From the NCBI GenBank assembly GCA_033762915.1, contig JANRLD010000072.1, forward strand, positions 10,670 to 74,669: 64,000 nt of DNA. The letters run 5' to 3'. The translations under genes were made by a program, and so were the position numbers. Positions 61,970 through 64,000 of the stretch are shown one piece after another. Every line of letters begins with the position of its first letter. The first letter of the stretch is position 1. The notes beneath the pieces were generated by a model. The model saw only the letters and a program-made list of their open reading frames with translations. It was not told where the DNA came from and did not search any database. Origin of the DNA: Meiothermus sp. Its GTDB lineage: Bacteria > Deinococcota > Deinococci > Deinococcales > Thermaceae.

Positions 61970-64000
61970 ATGAACAGCATGCAGAAACTTTTAGGAATCT
62001 CGATTCTGGCCCTGGCCGCCTGCAGCCCTACCCCGCAAAGCCCTACGGGTGCGATTGGGGATAAGCTCCTTACAGTCGAAAACGCCTTCAGCGGCGAGAC
62101 CGAAGGGGCCCAGCAAGTAAGCCCTGAGGAGTTCCGGCGGCGCGTCGGCGCGGGCGAACTGACCCTGGTCAGCGACGCCATCCGGGCAGCTCAAAACGAT
62201 AGCAGGATGAAGCAGCACCAGAACGACCGGAATTTCCTGAGGAGCCTCTCGAACAAGAGCGCTTACCTCGAGGACCTCCTGAGCCAGGCCGACCAGAGCC
62301 CCGACTACCAGCCCGACGCCCTGGTAACGTTGCCCGACGGGCAAAAGGTCACGCTTCTGGGCGTAAGCAGCCAGATGCGCGATGCGGTGGTGCGTCAGCA
62401 ACTGGCCCAAAGCACCGAAAACGCCCTGGCCGACTACGCCCTCAGCTACGCGCTGCTGCCCGAGGCCATGCAATCGCAGGCTGCCGCTCCCGAAAGCCTC
62501 AAGGGCAAGCCGCTCGAGGAGATCAAGGCCGCTCTTGCCCAGCTCAACGCCTTGCTCGAGACTGACCCCTCCGCCCTGCGAACGGCCCGGCTCGAGGCCA
62601 GCCCCACCGGCCCCGGCATCTCCGGCAGGGTGAGCGCCCAAGACCTGACACCCAAAGCAGGCAACGGCACCGACAACAACGGCCCCTGTGCAGCCCCGTC
62701 CAATTTCTTCAGTCGCTACTGGTTCCCCCTCAAGAACTTCATCAGCCCTGTTAAGAATCAGTCGGTGCGCGGCACCTGCTGGGCCTTCTCGGCCATTGGG
62801 GCGGTAGAGAGCCGTCTGCGGGTGCAGGATGACATCCGCATTGATCTCTCCGAGCAGTTCTTGGTCAACAAGTACAAGCGCGAGTGGTACCCCGACGACT
62901 TCGGCGAGGGCGGTGGCTCCGAGGCGGCCCTGGCCAAACTGGTCGACACCAACCAGGCCCTGCCCCCGGAGAGCTTCTGGACCTACAACCCCTCGACCAT
63001 CCGAACCTCCACCGGTTCTTCGTACTTTTTCTCGTGCTTCGCCGCCAGCGGCTTCTACTCCGGCACCTGCTCCAACTCGGCCCACCAAAGCCAGCAGGTC
63101 TGCACCGTGACCCAGACCCCCCAGGGCAAGCTCTCGTACTGCGCCTACGAAAAGATGACCTTTAGCGGGGCTGGTGCCAGGGCTTCCAAGGCTGTGCAGA
63201 TCTGGGCCAACGGCCAGAGCTTCGACCTCAACCGCTACATCCGCTATCTGGCCACCGGTCACACCATCATCGCGTCCTTCCCGGTCTACCGGGGCTTCGA
63301 CGAGGCCCCCACCAGCGGCGCAAACGCCGGGGTGGTCAGCGACTACTCCATGACCTTCCGCAACGCTGCGGGGCAGTACGTCAGCGGCTCGAGGGGCAAC
63401 CATGTGGCCCAGATCGTGGGCTTTCTGAGTAACTGGGACATGCGCCGCGAGGCCACCACGCCTAACATCGGCGGGGGCGGCTACTTCATCCTCAAGAACT
63501 CCTGGGGCTGCACTGCCGGCGACGGCGGTTACTACTACATCCCGGCCAACTATGTTAGCCAGCTTTTCAGCGACATGAGCGTGCTCGACTTCGACTCCCG
63601 CCGCTCTACCGCATGGAGCCGCGAGCAGGCCAACCCCGCCACCGATGAGTCGCCGGTCTTCAAGATTCCGGCTAATCCCGTTCAGGTCATCCAGAACCTC
63701 GAGACCGACCTCGCCAAGTTTTTCCAGGTGGTTCACCGTTTCACCAGCAGCGTCAACCTGACCGTGACTTCGAGCGTCGATGGCAGCCTCTACAGCGGCC
63801 CCTTCAACACCGCCAACGTGACCCCTTCGACCCTCAACCGCACCTTCCGTACCCCTGGCCCCCGCACCCTCACCCTGACCGCCCGGTATGGCAGCACTCA
63901 AGCCCAGGCCAGTCTCGCCGTAAACGTGCTGGCCCCGCCCGCCAACCCCTACCCCGTCATCACCTCCGCTCGAGTGGTCTCCTCGGAGTTGATCGGTAGC
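61970..64000 (+). CDS. Papain-like (C1A) cysteine peptidase lipoprotein, truncated by window end (not in the ORF track)
   Basis: RBS GAGGGGG; MNSMQKLLGISILALAAC; VKNQSVRGTCWAFSA (Cys), DLSEQ, GNHVAQIVG (His), YFILKNSWG (Asn); Ig-like tail; no stop seen. Confidence 0.9.
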   Translation, partial: MNSMQKLLGISILALAACSPTPQSPTGAIGDKLLTVENAFSGETEGAQQVSPEEFRRRVGAGELTLVSDAIRAAQNDSRMKQHQNDRNFLRSLSNKSAYLEDLLSQADQSPDYQPDALVTLPDGQKVTLLGVSSQMRDAVVRQQLAQSTENALADYALSYALLPEAMQSQAAAPESLKGKPLEEIKAALAQLNALLETDPSALRTARLEASPTGPGISGRVSAQDLTPKAGNGTDNNGPCAAPSNFFSRYWFPLKNFISPVKNQSVRGTCWAFSAIGAVESRLRVQDDIRIDLSEQFLVNKYKREWYPDDFGEGGGSEAALAKLVDTNQALPPESFWTYNPSTIRTSTGSSYFFSCFAASGFYSGTCSNSAHQSQQVCTVTQTPQGKLSYCAYEKMTFSGAGARASKAVQIWANGQSFDLNRYIRYLATGHTIIASFPVYRGFDEAPTSGANAGVVSDYSMTFRNAAGQYVSGSRGNHVAQIVGFLSNWDMRREATTPNIGGGGYFILKNSWGCTAGDGGYYYIPANYVSQLFSDMSVLDFDSRRSTAWSREQANPATDESPVFKIPANPVQVIQNLETDLAKFFQVVHRFTSSVNLTVTSSVDGSLYSGPFNTANVTPSTLNRTFRTPGPRTLTLTARYGSTQAQASLAVNVLAPPANPYPVITSARVVSSELIGS

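Noticed and set aside
61991..63901. 636-aa minus-strand ORF in the track
   Set aside because: Antisense shadow of the + strand papain-like gene starting at 61970, which has a lipobox and a full catalytic triad.

Overview
GC-rich bacterial chromosomal window, most likely Deinococcota/Thermaceae (Meiothermus-like). This rests on Thermus-type rsmF, udgA and upp-tagO-wecB, a ddrH-like gene, many leaderless TANNNT promoters and heavy CTCGAG enrichment. 1-15 kb: an IS630 tail, tRNA-Leu(TAA), three subtilisin (S8) lipoprotein genes interleaved with upp/tagO/wecB (one broken by a dead IS5/ISL2-group element plus a frameshift) and an FN3-PQQ sugar dehydrogenase. 15-44 kb: mostly housekeeping genes (mgsA, pyrG, SRP RNA, acpS, rsmF, murA, fluC, udgA, lipAB, mgtA, transporters). 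44-50 kb: a GntR-controlled Gfo/Idh/MocA + Opp-type ABC locus with TGGTATT-type direct-repeat operators. 50-64 kb: an accessory island where two paralogous ~1040-aa STAND ATPase-TPR-(C-terminal SARP) regulators each precede secreted cargo. The cargo is a delta-60 beta-propeller lipoprotein, a 64-aa lipoprotein ending WDxxxWDxxxWQ paired with a signal-peptide-bearing phage-tail-fibre-like protein (S74 chaperone), and a papain-like lipoprotein running off the end. The lipoprotein/fibre pair is the best candidate for an undescribed system (a cell-anchored, domesticated tail fibre). A three-copy ~87-98 bp MITE-like family is also present. All assignments were made by eye; no searches were run.
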